A stretch of DNA of 64,000 nt. Source: Candidatus Parcubacteria bacterium. Lineage in GTDB: Bacteria > Patescibacteriota > Patescibacteriia > Patescibacteriales > UBA12075. This document shows, one piece after another, positions 36,520-46,058 of the stretch. The stretch lies in NCBI GenBank assembly GCA_002869165.1, contig PKTK01000001.1:29006-93005 (forward strand), in the 5' to 3' direction. The notes below the pieces were generated by a model. The model was not told the DNA's origin. It was given only the letters and a program-made list of their open reading frames with translations, and did no database searches. Made by a program: the position numbers and the translations under genes. How positions within the stretch are numbered: position 1 is the stretch's first letter; each line of letters opens with the position of its first letter.

Positions 36520-37725
36520 ATGAAGAATAATTTTGAAATAATTAATCAAGAAGCTGATAGAAGGAGGAAAAAAGCTGAGAATGAAAATAAATTGAGTATT
36601 TCTCACTGGAAGGGGGAATTGCACTCGCACACAAAAACTGACATTAGTAAGCCTGAATTACCAAATGATATTGTTGAACATCGAAAGGGGAGTAATTGTG
36701 GCAGTATACCACTTGAGGCGCTTTTAAGTTACCATAATCAGGAAATGAAGAATGAATTTATTGCTATTACAGAACATTCTCGTGATGGAAATACAGAGAA
36801 AGCAATAAATGGGATGACTGATTGGTTTATGGGAATGTATTTAAGTAATGTCATCTGGCTTCAGGAAAATTTTTCAAAAAATAAAGAAAGTTTATCTGAA
36901 GATGATTTAGAAAAAATAAAAAAAACAGCAAATGAAAAAGCTAAAGAAGTTGCGCTGTATGGTGATGAACGAATACAAGTGATATTAAATGATATAGAAA
37001 AAGTCTCTAAATCCACAGATATAAAAGTTTTTAAGGGTGTCGAGGCAAGTTTGATGCCCGATGGAAGTTTGGATACTGAGATGGTTGAAAGAGGAGAGTT
37101 TGATATGGTGAACTGTTCGATACATCCAGATATTGATAAAGAAAAATTTCAGCCGATCATTAGTAGTTCTGAAAAATACTCAGATCTAATTTTAAAAGGA
37201 ACAGAGAATGAAAAAGTGAATATTTTGTCTCATATTGGAAGTGGTCTTAGCAAGGGAGTGGCTGAAAATTTAAGATGGGGAGAATTTGCGGAAAAAGCCA
37301 TAAAAAACAAAGTCGCAATTGAGATTAATTTAAAGAAATTGATAACATTTATTTATGAAGAGGTATTAGATTATGAAAAATATCCCAAGGACAGCATAGA
37401 GTATAGAGAAGTGTTACAGTCTAAGCTAAGAGAATTAATACCTATACTGAGCTCAGAAAATATACGAAATCAGTTAAAGCCATATTTTTCACAAGGCTTG
37501 AAAATCGCCATTAACACCGATGAGCATAAAAATAAATTTATTGATTCAACTACCGATAAGAAAGGCACAGAATACAGTTTTAAACCAAGAGATTTGAGAT
37601 TTTGGAGATCAATGAAAATAGTTGAAGAATATTTTAATAAAATATTTTCTGAGTTGGGAGTCAAAAAAGAAAATATTATAAATACATTTACAAAAGAAGA
37701 ACTAGAGGAGTTTTTTAAGAAATAG
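36520..37725 (+). CDS. PHP-domain-like phosphoesterase
   Basis: WKGELHSHTKTD at the N-terminus (PHP motif I), with later His/Asp clusters (ITEHS, NCSIHPD, NTDEH). Confidence 0.5.
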   Translation: MKNNFEIINQEADRRRKKAENENKLSISHWKGELHSHTKTDISKPELPNDIVEHRKGSNCGSIPLEALLSYHNQEMKNEFIAITEHSRDGNTEKAINGMTDWFMGMYLSNVIWLQENFSKNKESLSEDDLEKIKKTANEKAKEVALYGDERIQVILNDIEKVSKSTDIKVFKGVEASLMPDGSLDTEMVERGEFDMVNCSIHPDIDKEKFQPIISSSEKYSDLILKGTENEKVNILSHIGSGLSKGVAENLRWGEFAEKAIKNKVAIEINLKKLITFIYEEVLDYEKYPKDSIEYREVLQSKLRELIPILSSENIRNQLKPYFSQGLKIAINTDEHKNKFIDSTTDKKGTEYSFKPRDLRFWRSMKIVEEYFNKIFSELGVKKENIINTFTKEELEEFFKK

Positions 37726-37768
37726 TATTTGAAATATTTTGAATATTATACTTCCATAGCGGTATAAA

Positions 37769-37807
37769 TTTCTCTAAATAGTTCCAAGTAAATATACTAT
37801 CGTGTGC
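37769..37807 (+). repeat. Intergenic module R3 (partial, no hairpin)
   Basis: tttctctaaatagttccaagtaaatatactatcgtgtgc matches about 85% of 36380-36418. Confidence 0.6.
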
Positions 37808-38366
37808 GGGTGAAAAACGATTTAATATTAGGTAAGTTTTTTATTGGAGGAGAATGTGAATAGTATTATTTCAAAAAATTTGATATAATATAAGTATGGT
37901 AATAGACATAGAATTAACAGTAAATCGTTTTGGATTTGGTAAAATTAATGAGAATAAATTTCAGTTTTTTTTTCTTCGCTTTTCCAAATGGCAAGTCCCA
38001 GGCAAACATTCCATTTCATTTGAAATAAATTGGCGGGATAAAAAATAATATAACCAAGTTTATCTTACATGGTGGCGAGAAAGACACTCTCAATAAATAA
38101 AATGAAGCATTTTTATATAGGAATTCGAATAGCTTAACCTGATAGAATATTTAAGACAAAAAAAATTGAATTGAATTTTTGTGCGATTTATAAAACCAGT
38201 TAGTCAAGAAAGATCATAGAAAATTTATTTAAAAATAATAAATTACAAATATTATTTAGAATTTGGCGGATTAGTTGCTTTTAAAATTTTTTGTTTTGTA
38301 AATATTAAAAAAAATGTTATAATATAAATATAATAAATTTTATAAATTTTAATATTTAAAAAAAAT

Positions 38367-39338
38367 ATGAGAATGAGAATTACAATTTTAGCAAAATTAA
38401 TCTTTCTTCTTTTGCTTTTAACAATTCTACCTTTATCTATTCTTGGCTATGTGGCGATAAACGATGCTAAGAATTTGGGGTTGGAGGCAGCAAATGATGC
38501 TAAGGTTATGGGCGACCGAGTAGTTGAAGACAGTGTTCAGTCTTTAAACAATCTCGGAGAAATTATAATTGAAAATCAAGCAATTTTAACCAAGAAATTA
38601 CTTGATCAGTACATTGAAAACAATCCAGATGTCACATTGGATGACTTGGTAGCCAGTGAAGAGTTTCAATCATTGGGTATACAGCCTGTAGGCGAAAAAG
38701 GCTATACCGTGGTTGTACAAGTTGATAACCAAAGAATGTTAGCCCATCCCAACGAAGCTTTGCTTGGGAAGGTTATGCTTGATTCTTTAAGAGGTAATAC
38801 AAAAATGGATGATTGGTGGAGGGTGGTTGAAACGACTTACAACAACCCCCTAAAAGATAGTTTTGGATATTATAAGTGGCCGGAAGCAGACGATACTTAT
38901 AGCGAAAAATATCAATATTTAACAGTTTTAGATAATAAAGTTGAAGATAAATATATTTCTGTATCTGCTACTACTTATGTTAGTGAGTTTACTGAACCAG
39001 TAGAGCAAACAAAGATTAAAATAAAAGATTCTCTTGATAATACCTTAGCATCAATCCAAAGTGCAACTAATGGATTAAGTACTCAAAACACAATTCTTTT
39101 TATTACTTTAATTTCTGTTTTTGTTGTTATTATCGTTAGTATAATTTTTGCACGTAGTTTAACAAAACCACTAAAAGAGTTAACCAAAGTTGGAAATAAG
39201 TTATCAGAAGGAGATTTAAGCGTTAAAGTTCCAGAGATTAAAACCAATGATGAAATAAAAGATCTATCAGAAAGCTTTAAGAGTGCTTTAGCAGCTATTT
39301 CATTTTTGATTGGTGAATCAAAAAATAAGAATAAATAA
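38367..39338 (+). CDS. Membrane sensor-like protein: TM, extracytoplasmic domain, TM, HAMP, with no output domain
   Basis: Two TM segments and a HAMP-like TKPLKELTKVGNKLSEGDLSVKVPEIKTNDEIKDLSESF at the C-terminus. Confidence 0.65.
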   Translation: MRMRITILAKLIFLLLLLTILPLSILGYVAINDAKNLGLEAANDAKVMGDRVVEDSVQSLNNLGEIIIENQAILTKKLLDQYIENNPDVTLDDLVASEEFQSLGIQPVGEKGYTVVVQVDNQRMLAHPNEALLGKVMLDSLRGNTKMDDWWRVVETTYNNPLKDSFGYYKWPEADDTYSEKYQYLTVLDNKVEDKYISVSATTYVSEFTEPVEQTKIKIKDSLDNTLASIQSATNGLSTQNTILFITLISVFVVIIVSIIFARSLTKPLKELTKVGNKLSEGDLSVKVPEIKTNDEIKDLSESFKSALAAISFLIGESKNKNK

Positions 39339-39356
39339 TTAGATAATATAAAATAT

Positions 39357-39524
39357 ATGGGACAAGCATTAAATAATTATTTTCTTAAAGCAAAGGAAAA
39401 GGGTGGTTTGCAAGCACAAGTTAAGTTAGCCATGATTACAAAGATGAGTAGTGATGACGCAATACAAGCCCCTGATTCTGAAGAAAATATCAAGCTTTTT
39501 GAAGATGCTATAAAAAAAATCTAG
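39357..39524 (+). CDS. 55-aa helical small protein (not in the track), in the same frame as 38367..39338
   Basis: MGQALNNYFLKAKEKGGLQAQVKLAMITKMSSDDAIQAPDSEENIKLFEDAIKKI. Confidence 0.35.
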   Translation: MGQALNNYFLKAKEKGGLQAQVKLAMITKMSSDDAIQAPDSEENIKLFEDAIKKI

Positions 39525-40065
39525 ACCTTTTGTTTTCTTAGTGATAAGGATATTTAGTATATTAAAAATATCAACTAATTATGGTTGATATTTTTTTTAT
39601 AAAAAATAGGGTTAGGAGCTGATAATTTATAAAGATTACATCTATCCTTTTTTACTTTATTAGATATTTGTTATAAGTTTGGTTCTAATAATATTCTCTA
39701 TTTCGTAGGTATATAAATTTTATTTGATTTACTAAATTCAGTTCTAAGCTTCTCTACGAGCTCTTGCGGAAAAAAAATTACAGCTAAAATAGTTTTGATT
39801 TTGTTATAAATTATTGTAAGTCCAAGTTTTATTGTTATCTAGATTAAAAATTCACAATGGGAAAACCCACAAAAAACTGCTATAATTATAATATAATAAT
39901 AAAACTATATAGAAGAAAAAAGATATTCTAAAGGCAGGGCTAGTAAATATATAAGTGACTGTCTGCGGGATTTTTTGAGTGTAATAAAGGAGGAAGAATT
40001 TTGTTTTTAGCTAGTACAGATGAGGCAATAAACATGTTAAGTAAATAATTATTAATTGAATATAT

Positions 40066-40908
40066 ATGAAAAAAACGTTTTTATTTCTATTTATTACTGC
40101 TGTTATACCTATGATGGCTGCTTGTTCTGTCTCCGTTATTTTAACTCCAGACGAAGAAATCCAAAAAGCAGTCAAAGAAAATGATCCGAGTATTTGTGCC
40201 AAGATAGAGGATGAAGATCAGGGCAAGACTCAAAAAAGAAGGGATCGTTGTTATGAGGAGATTGCCATAGAATATAATAACCCGATGAACTGTATGGAGA
40301 TCCAAGATCAGGCCAGGCAAGATAATTGTGACAAGGCTATTGCTATTACCAACAAAGAGCCGGATCTATGTGAAGTTATTGATGATGTTTGGAAAAAGAA
40401 TGATTGCTTTATGCAGGTTGCCGAGGTAAAAGAAGACCCATTGATTTGCGGGAAGATAGATGATAACAACAGAAACAAGAGTATGTGTTATTCTAAAGTA
40501 GCTGTTGCTAGGAAGAATCAGGAAATTTGCGGAAACATAGATAAAGAGTCTGAAAAATTGGGTTGTATTGCGGATGTAGCAAGTGTAAAAGAAGATTTGG
40601 AGCTATGCGAAACATTGAAAGAATATGATTCAACGTATTATTCATGTACCTCGGCCATTGCTAGTAAGCAAAATAATCCTGATCTTTGTAATAATCTGGC
40701 GGTTACCAAATCTAGAAACTATAAGAACGCTTGTTTTGAAGATACAGCTATAATGGCCAAGGATTACAAAACTTGTGAACTTATAGAGGACACTGATGAC
40801 CGTGACTCTTGTTTGAGTAAAATCGGAAGGAACAACAAAATCCCAGAAGCTTGTGAGAAAATAACTGATGAAAAAAGGAAGGAGATCTGTTCGCGTTTGG
40901 CTAAATAG
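40066..40908 (+). CDS. Lipoprotein built of ~35-aa two-Cys repeats (family member A)
   Basis: Lipobox MMAAC. Repeats DPxxCxxIxDxxxxxxC(Y/F)xxxAxxxxD. Confidence 0.75.
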   Translation: MKKTFLFLFITAVIPMMAACSVSVILTPDEEIQKAVKENDPSICAKIEDEDQGKTQKRRDRCYEEIAIEYNNPMNCMEIQDQARQDNCDKAIAITNKEPDLCEVIDDVWKKNDCFMQVAEVKEDPLICGKIDDNNRNKSMCYSKVAVARKNQEICGNIDKESEKLGCIADVASVKEDLELCETLKEYDSTYYSCTSAIASKQNNPDLCNNLAVTKSRNYKNACFEDTAIMAKDYKTCELIEDTDDRDSCLSKIGRNNKIPEACEKITDEKRKEICSRLAK

Positions 40909-40996
40909 TCTTTATAAAAAACTCTTTACTATCTTTGCAGTCTAGAGAGATATGTGAGTTTGTATTAAAAAATATCGAATTTCTTTAGAAAATTGA

Positions 40997-41025
40997 TTGA
41001 CTTATAAGTCTTGCGGGTGTAGAAT
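40997..41025 (+). promoter_or_regulatory. Promoter of leader copy 1
   Basis: TTGACT, 17-nt spacer, TAGAAT. Confidence 0.55.
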
Positions 41026-41048
41026 AGAGGCGTAAATAAAATAAATTT

Positions 41049-41096
41049 ATGTTTAATAAACCTCTAATCCACATCGTTAAAAATACTAAGGACTAA
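41049..41096 (+). CDS. 15-codon leader ORF, copy 1 (MFNKPLIHIVKNTKD)
   Basis: Same length, frame and stop as copy 2 at 46919. The stop lies 5 nt before the terminator stem. No obvious SD. Confidence 0.4.
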   Translation: MFNKPLIHIVKNTKD

Positions 41097-41101
41097 CAAG
41101 T

Positions 41102-41129
41102 GGCCGCCTTTTTTTGGGCGGTTTTTTTT
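41102..41129 (+). terminator. Intrinsic terminator/attenuator after leader copy 1
   Basis: ggccgcc / ggcgg(tt) stem followed by T8. Confidence 0.7.
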
Positions 41130-41188
41130 ATTATTAGGAAAATAGATTTATATATTTATGCTAATAAAAAATTATTAATTGAACATAT

Positions 41189-42334
41189 ATGAAAAAAATA
41201 TTTTTGATTTTATTTATAATTATTTTCATGCCTTTGCTTTCGGGCTGTTCACTACTTGATTTTTTCTATGATCAGGAAGTGCAGGAGAAGGTCAATACTG
41301 GAGATCCGAGTAGTTGTAAAGATTTGGAGACTGGTGAACAGCAGAGTAATTGCTATGGAGATATTGCCGAGGACAAAGATGATATTAGGGTTTGTGGGAT
41401 GATGGATCGGGACTATGATCAGGATGAATGTCGGTTTAAGATTATCAAGAAACAGTCTGATCCAGATATGTGTTCAAATCTGGTGACAGTCAGGAGCAAT
41501 GCCGATTGTTACTTTTATTTTGCTCAAGAAAATGAAGATGATAAATTGTGTGATCTGATTGCAGGAGATGACACCAAGGCTGGAGAATGTTTCAAAGGTA
41601 TTGCGCTTAAGAAAAATGATGAAAAAATTTGTTTGGGTATCGTGAAACCTTATCTTCTCAAGAGCTGTGTTATGAGTATTGCCTTGAACAAAAAGGATTC
41701 TAAGATTTGTGAAAATATTGAAAATGAATATGACAGGGAGACTTGTATCAAAAGAGTAGCAGAAGAAGCCGGAGATATCACAGCATGTGCGAAACTGAAT
41801 AATCAAGATGCCAAAGACGAGTGTATCTTGTCCTTCGCTACCAAATTCAACGATGATGATATGTGCGAAGAGATCAAAAATAAGATCACCAAGGATCAGT
41901 GCTGGTTCAAAGTAGCGAGGGATATAGGGGACGAAAGTATTTGTGATAGGATGATTGACGATGGGCAGGCAATAGGATGTTTTAGTGCTTTGGCAAAAGT
42001 GAAAAATAATATAGAGCTTTGCTTCGAGATCGATCAGTCCAATAATATGTTCGGCGCTTGTGTAGAGGAGATAGCGAAGCTCAACAAAGACTCAAAATAT
42101 TGCAACGAAATCAAAGACGATAAAGTTGCTTATGGGTGTTATTATAAAACAGCTCTGGAAGCTGGTGATGCAAGTCATTGTCAGTGGATAGAGAGTAACG
42201 GGACTAGAGACAAGTGCTATCACAATGTAGCCGTGACCAAAAAAGATACAGCAGTGTGTATCAATATCCAGGACGAGCATGAGAAGAATAATTGTGAAAA
42301 CTATACGGAGCTCAATGAGTTGCAGGGCAATTAG
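41189..42334 (+). CDS. Two-Cys-repeat lipoprotein (family member B)
   Basis: Lipobox LLSGC. Ten or so repeats of the same motif. Confidence 0.75.
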   Translation: MKKIFLILFIIIFMPLLSGCSLLDFFYDQEVQEKVNTGDPSSCKDLETGEQQSNCYGDIAEDKDDIRVCGMMDRDYDQDECRFKIIKKQSDPDMCSNLVTVRSNADCYFYFAQENEDDKLCDLIAGDDTKAGECFKGIALKKNDEKICLGIVKPYLLKSCVMSIALNKKDSKICENIENEYDRETCIKRVAEEAGDITACAKLNNQDAKDECILSFATKFNDDDMCEEIKNKITKDQCWFKVARDIGDESICDRMIDDGQAIGCFSALAKVKNNIELCFEIDQSNNMFGACVEEIAKLNKDSKYCNEIKDDKVAYGCYYKTALEAGDASHCQWIESNGTRDKCYHNVAVTKKDTAVCINIQDEHEKNNCENYTELNELQGN

Positions 42335-42377
42335 TAAAAAGGGATGCTAAATTTATACTAGTATATAATTTAAAATT

Positions 42378-44615
42378 ATGAAAAATAAATCTGGAAGTAA
42401 AAAAATATCAATTGGCTTGATTGTTTTGCTCTTTATTATTTCTTTTGGACCAAGACAGCTTAGTGCTTTGAGTTTTGAAAAAAAAGAGACAGTCATAAGC
42501 CCAATTGAATTTGATACCAAGAAGGATTTACTTCCAATTTTGCCGGAAGAGGAAGAGGAAACACCCGGGATCAAGGTGATAGCCACATCAACTACAAATA
42601 CTGAGGAGGAAGAGGTGAGCGATGAAAGAGACAGGACAAATGAAACCGAGACTGGAGTGAGCGAAGAATTGATTATTCCTAGTGCTGGCCTAGGCACAAA
42701 AATTGACAAAGATGAAAGCCCTGAAGTGACAGAGGAGATACCTCCACTTGATTTGAATGAATATGAGAAAGTAGAGAATTTAAATAAAGATGATGATGAC
42801 AAGAATAACGAAGGCCTTGGTCTTGTGGAGCCAGAAGATAGTAAGGAAATAGAAGTGAGTGAGAGTGCCAAGCAGATTGATGTTAGTAAAATACTAGAAG
42901 ATGTTGGAGCGAAACTGGAGGTGTGTAATCTTGATAATGGTTGTTCGGGGGATATGGGAGTAAATCATTGGATGATGGAGGCAGAAATTTATAATGACGA
43001 TAAGAAAAAAGAATTTAGATTTGCAACAGATGACGCAGAAATAAAGCAAGGTATATTACAAATATCATATTTTTCATTTGCTACTGAAAATCCACAGATC
43101 ATATATAGCGGTGCTATAGATAGAGGGGTAAATAATTTTGATTTTGGTATTTTGTCTTCTTCTAATGTCCTAGATGATAAGATAAAAGATGAGCTAAAAA
43201 GTAACACAGCTACGGTAGCAGTGGAGATTGAAACGAAGGAGAAGTCTAGTACTATATCAAAAATAAAGAATTTTTTTAGCAAAATATTTTCTTTTATCAA
43301 TAAGTCCTTCAAAAAAATTAACAATTTCTTTAGTGAGGCAAAGCCGGTTTTAGAACAAAAGAGTCCAATAGGAGACATGGTATATAATACTTACTATTTG
43401 AGGGTAATGCCAGTTAAGGATTCTGTAGTGGCTGGTAAGGCTAGTAATGAAGTTAAAGTATCACTCAAAGAACGACCCGAGCAGGCGGACGTTGAGATAT
43501 TTACTCCAGCCAAGTTGTATGAAGTAAAAATCATAGACTTCAAACCAATCAGAGCTTCTGAGCCTGGAGTTTGCAACGGTGCCATGATACTTGATACTGA
43601 CTGGGATGAATATACGGGAACTACTGTTATCAAACACAAAGCAGGAGAAAGGATTTGTCCCAAGGGCTACAAGGGGATAGGTGAACAGGCTTGGTATGAG
43701 TCACTGTGGAATTTTGCAAAGTCAGGGATGAACTGGGTTTCTGAGGCTTACAATCAACTCAAAGCATCTGTTGTGGATGGACTTGCTGGACTGGCCTGTG
43801 GCGGGGACGATGATTGTCGGATGGCAATCAGCGCCGGACTTGATATTGGTCTCGCGGCCATGGGTGTGCCACCAAGTATTACAAATTTTGATGAATTGGT
43901 TGATGGTGGTTTTGACTATCTTGCAGCTGAGATCGCATCACAAGCCGGATGTCCTGACGTGGTTTGTAAGGAAAAAATCAAAAACGAACTTAGAAATATA
44001 TTGGAAAAGCAAAAAAATACCAATCCAAATTGTAAAGGAGAAGAGGAGGCTCACAATGATGGGCTAGAACCACTATTTTTACCAGCTGGAGTAAAGGCAC
44101 ACCTTGATCCTTTGGGGACATATAGACAGGCTGAGATTACCTTGGAAGTAACTAGGACAGAAGCAGATGGTTCAAGCCTAATGGGAGCTCCTTATAAGTT
44201 GCAGTTAAACAATTATGCCTACAATGATGGACTGATCGGTTCCTCCATACACAATATTCCTCCCTACGGAGCCAGCGTGGAAATCACCAAAGCCCTGGAG
44301 GGAAAAATGTTTGAATCAAAAACTATTATACTTACTGAAATGCAAAAAGGTGAGAAGATGAACATCCCTATCTTGCTTACACCTAGCGAGTATTGGATAC
44401 CAGAGCACAAAGAAGCAATGCAAGGCTGGTCTACTGTTACCTACAAGGACGGTATCCCTCAGTATCAGTACGACGACTGGTGGAAATTTTATTATGAAGC
44501 TAGTCTAAGTTTTGGTGCCTACATAGACGGATGTTTGGAAAACTACGGAGCTTCTGACTGTATCATAAGCTCAGATTATTTGAGTGTGGATCTGCCAGGT
44601 ACTCTCAATCCATAA
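42378..44615 (+). CDS. 745-aa secreted/anchored protein, no recognisable domain
   Basis: N-terminal hydrophobic segment, an acidic linker, and a Cys-containing C-terminal half. Starts 43 nt after 41189..42334. Confidence 0.65.
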   Translation: MKNKSGSKKISIGLIVLLFIISFGPRQLSALSFEKKETVISPIEFDTKKDLLPILPEEEEETPGIKVIATSTTNTEEEEVSDERDRTNETETGVSEELIIPSAGLGTKIDKDESPEVTEEIPPLDLNEYEKVENLNKDDDDKNNEGLGLVEPEDSKEIEVSESAKQIDVSKILEDVGAKLEVCNLDNGCSGDMGVNHWMMEAEIYNDDKKKEFRFATDDAEIKQGILQISYFSFATENPQIIYSGAIDRGVNNFDFGILSSSNVLDDKIKDELKSNTATVAVEIETKEKSSTISKIKNFFSKIFSFINKSFKKINNFFSEAKPVLEQKSPIGDMVYNTYYLRVMPVKDSVVAGKASNEVKVSLKERPEQADVEIFTPAKLYEVKIIDFKPIRASEPGVCNGAMILDTDWDEYTGTTVIKHKAGERICPKGYKGIGEQAWYESLWNFAKSGMNWVSEAYNQLKASVVDGLAGLACGGDDDCRMAISAGLDIGLAAMGVPPSITNFDELVDGGFDYLAAEIASQAGCPDVVCKEKIKNELRNILEKQKNTNPNCKGEEEAHNDGLEPLFLPAGVKAHLDPLGTYRQAEITLEVTRTEADGSSLMGAPYKLQLNNYAYNDGLIGSSIHNIPPYGASVEITKALEGKMFESKTIILTEMQKGEKMNIPILLTPSEYWIPEHKEAMQGWSTVTYKDGIPQYQYDDWWKFYYEASLSFGAYIDGCLENYGASDCIISSDYLSVDLPGTLNP

Positions 44616-44673
44616 AAAAATAAATCTTCAAAAGACTAAAGTTGATAAAAATATATTAAATAATATTAATAAT

Positions 44674-44859
44674 ATGAAAAAACAAATGCCCGGTTTTGTG
44701 CCGGTAAAATTTAATAAAGTAGGTAAATTTCTCTTGTTTCTGGCTGCTGGCTTGGTGGTGGTCGGAGTAGCTAGGCAATTTTATCCCTTGGTTTATATCG
44801 GCCTAGCTTTGGGTTTGCTTGCTTTGTATCTTATCTATGTTGTGCCGCGTGAAAAATAG
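44674..44859 (+). CDS. Small two-TM membrane protein
   Basis: MKKQMPGFVPVKFNKVGKFLLFLAAGLVVVGV...LGLLALYLIYVV. Start trimmed from the track ORF. Confidence 0.45.
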   Translation: MKKQMPGFVPVKFNKVGKFLLFLAAGLVVVGVARQFYPLVYIGLALGLLALYLIYVVPREK

Positions 44860-44906
44860 ATAAACTTAGATAAATAACTTAGAATAAAATTTCTCATGTA
44901 TATATT

Positions 44907-44935
44907 AAAATCTGCTGATATTAGCAGATTTTTTT
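44907..44935 (+). terminator. Terminator hairpin of the tctgct...agcaga type (third copy)
   Basis: aaaatctgctgatattagcagattttttt. Confidence 0.7.
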
Positions 44936-44965
44936 GTTAGCTAGAGTAGGGAATCGAGCTTAGTC

Positions 44966-45019
44966 TTGACAAAATGTAAAAAATACTTTACACTGATAAA
45001 TGTAAGGTATTTTTTACAT
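44966..45019 (+). promoter_or_regulatory. Promoter plus 13-bp inverted repeat (operator candidate) upstream of the DUF2178/HTH operon
   Basis: TTGACA at 44966. atgtaaaaaatac at 44974 pairs with gtattttttacat at 45007. Confidence 0.5.
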
Positions 45020-45034
45020 TAAATATTAAAAAAT

Positions 45035-45430
45035 ATGAATTATAAACAATATCAAATTATTAGAACATTAATTGGACTTTTGATTGCCACAATAGTTATG
45101 ATGGCAACCATTATAAATAATTTTCAATTAGCCCTGACTGGGATATTTATTGGAATTTTGTTTCTTTTTCTGGCCAAGAGCAAATTCAAAAAAGTAGTGG
45201 TAGATGAGAGAGTAATATCAGTTAGCGGAAAAGCAAGTCGAGCGACTTACTCTATCGTGACCATGTTTTTGGCATTCTTTGGACTCTTTTCAATATTTAC
45301 CGCCCGTGGACACGAAGACCTTTATCTTGAATCGCTTGGCATTGTATTTTGTTATATTTCTTTGCTTCTGATTACGGTTTATTCACTTTCTTATCATTAT
45401 TTCAATAAAAAATATGGGGCAGATGAATAA
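45035..45430 (+). CDS. DUF2178-like membrane protein
   Basis: Four TM helices. The classic arrangement is next to a small HTH regulator. Confidence 0.55.
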   Translation: MNYKQYQIIRTLIGLLIATIVMMATIINNFQLALTGIFIGILFLFLAKSKFKKVVVDERVISVSGKASRATYSIVTMFLAFFGLFSIFTARGHEDLYLESLGIVFCYISLLLITVYSLSYHYFNKKYGADE

Positions 45431-45617
45431 CAGAATAAAAAAATTTAGATCTGAGCATGATATGACCCAGGAAGAATTGGCAAATAAGTGCGACGTGACC
45501 AGACAAACTATAATAGCAGTTGAGAAAAATAAATATATTCCTTCTTTGGAATTGGCTTTTAAGATTGCTCTTATTTTTGATCAGCCAATTGAAAAAATTT
45601 TTATATATAATAAGTAA
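45414..45617 (+). CDS. XRE/Cro-type HTH transcriptional regulator (YozG-like)
   Basis: MTQEELANKCDVTRQTIIAVEKNKYIPSLELAFKIA. Confidence 0.85.
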   Translation: MGQMNNRIKKFRSEHDMTQEELANKCDVTRQTIIAVEKNKYIPSLELAFKIALIFDQPIEKIFIYNK

Positions 45618-45626
45618 AACAATAAT

Positions 45627-46034
45627 ATGGAAACCAAAACCTACAATATGAAATCCCATGCCAAATATAGATTTGTAATTGGTGGACTGTCTTTGTTATC
45701 AGGAATAATTCTTTTAATAACAAACCCGGGCTTAACATTGGGTAATATAATGATCCCAAATACTCTAGTCACATTGGGGATAATCCTGATTGCATTCGGA
45801 TTTAGAGGATATTTTTTTGTAAAAGAAATTAAATATGACGAACGAACTCAAATTATTGCTCTAAGGTCTTCAAAAGCGGTTTTATTAATAATAATCTATG
45901 CAGCTATGATAGCAATGCTAGCTGGCACAGTTCAAAAGATCCAAGTGGACTTGGCAACAGCTTCCGCAATAATCCTCTTTGGAACCATTATAAGCCACAA
46001 ACTTTTTCATATATATTATGACAAAAGAAACTAA
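45627..46034 (+). CDS. DUF2178-like membrane protein (second copy)
   Basis: Four TM helices, paralogous layout. Confidence 0.55.
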   Translation: METKTYNMKSHAKYRFVIGGLSLLSGIILLITNPGLTLGNIMIPNTLVTLGIILIAFGFRGYFFVKEIKYDERTQIIALRSSKAVLLIIIYAAMIAMLAGTVQKIQVDLATASAIILFGTIISHKLFHIYYDKRN

Positions 46035-46058
46035 TAAAAATTTTAATAGATTAATTAT

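Noticed and set aside
38115-38140. ataggaattcgaatagc, a possible degenerate tRNA-Trp att remnant marking the right end of a ~20-kb island.
   Set aside because: Only about 15 matching positions, and only with a 3-nt gap. That is too weak to call. Accessory-type genes also continue further to the right.
45615-45629. Further candidate read-through sites where adjacent ORFs share a frame: the HTH/DUF2178 junction at 45615, and 52210 between the toxin and the next gene.
   Set aside because: Each flanking gene is a complete, independent family member with its own start. At 52210 a terminator hairpin lies in the gap. The shared frame is consistent with chance.
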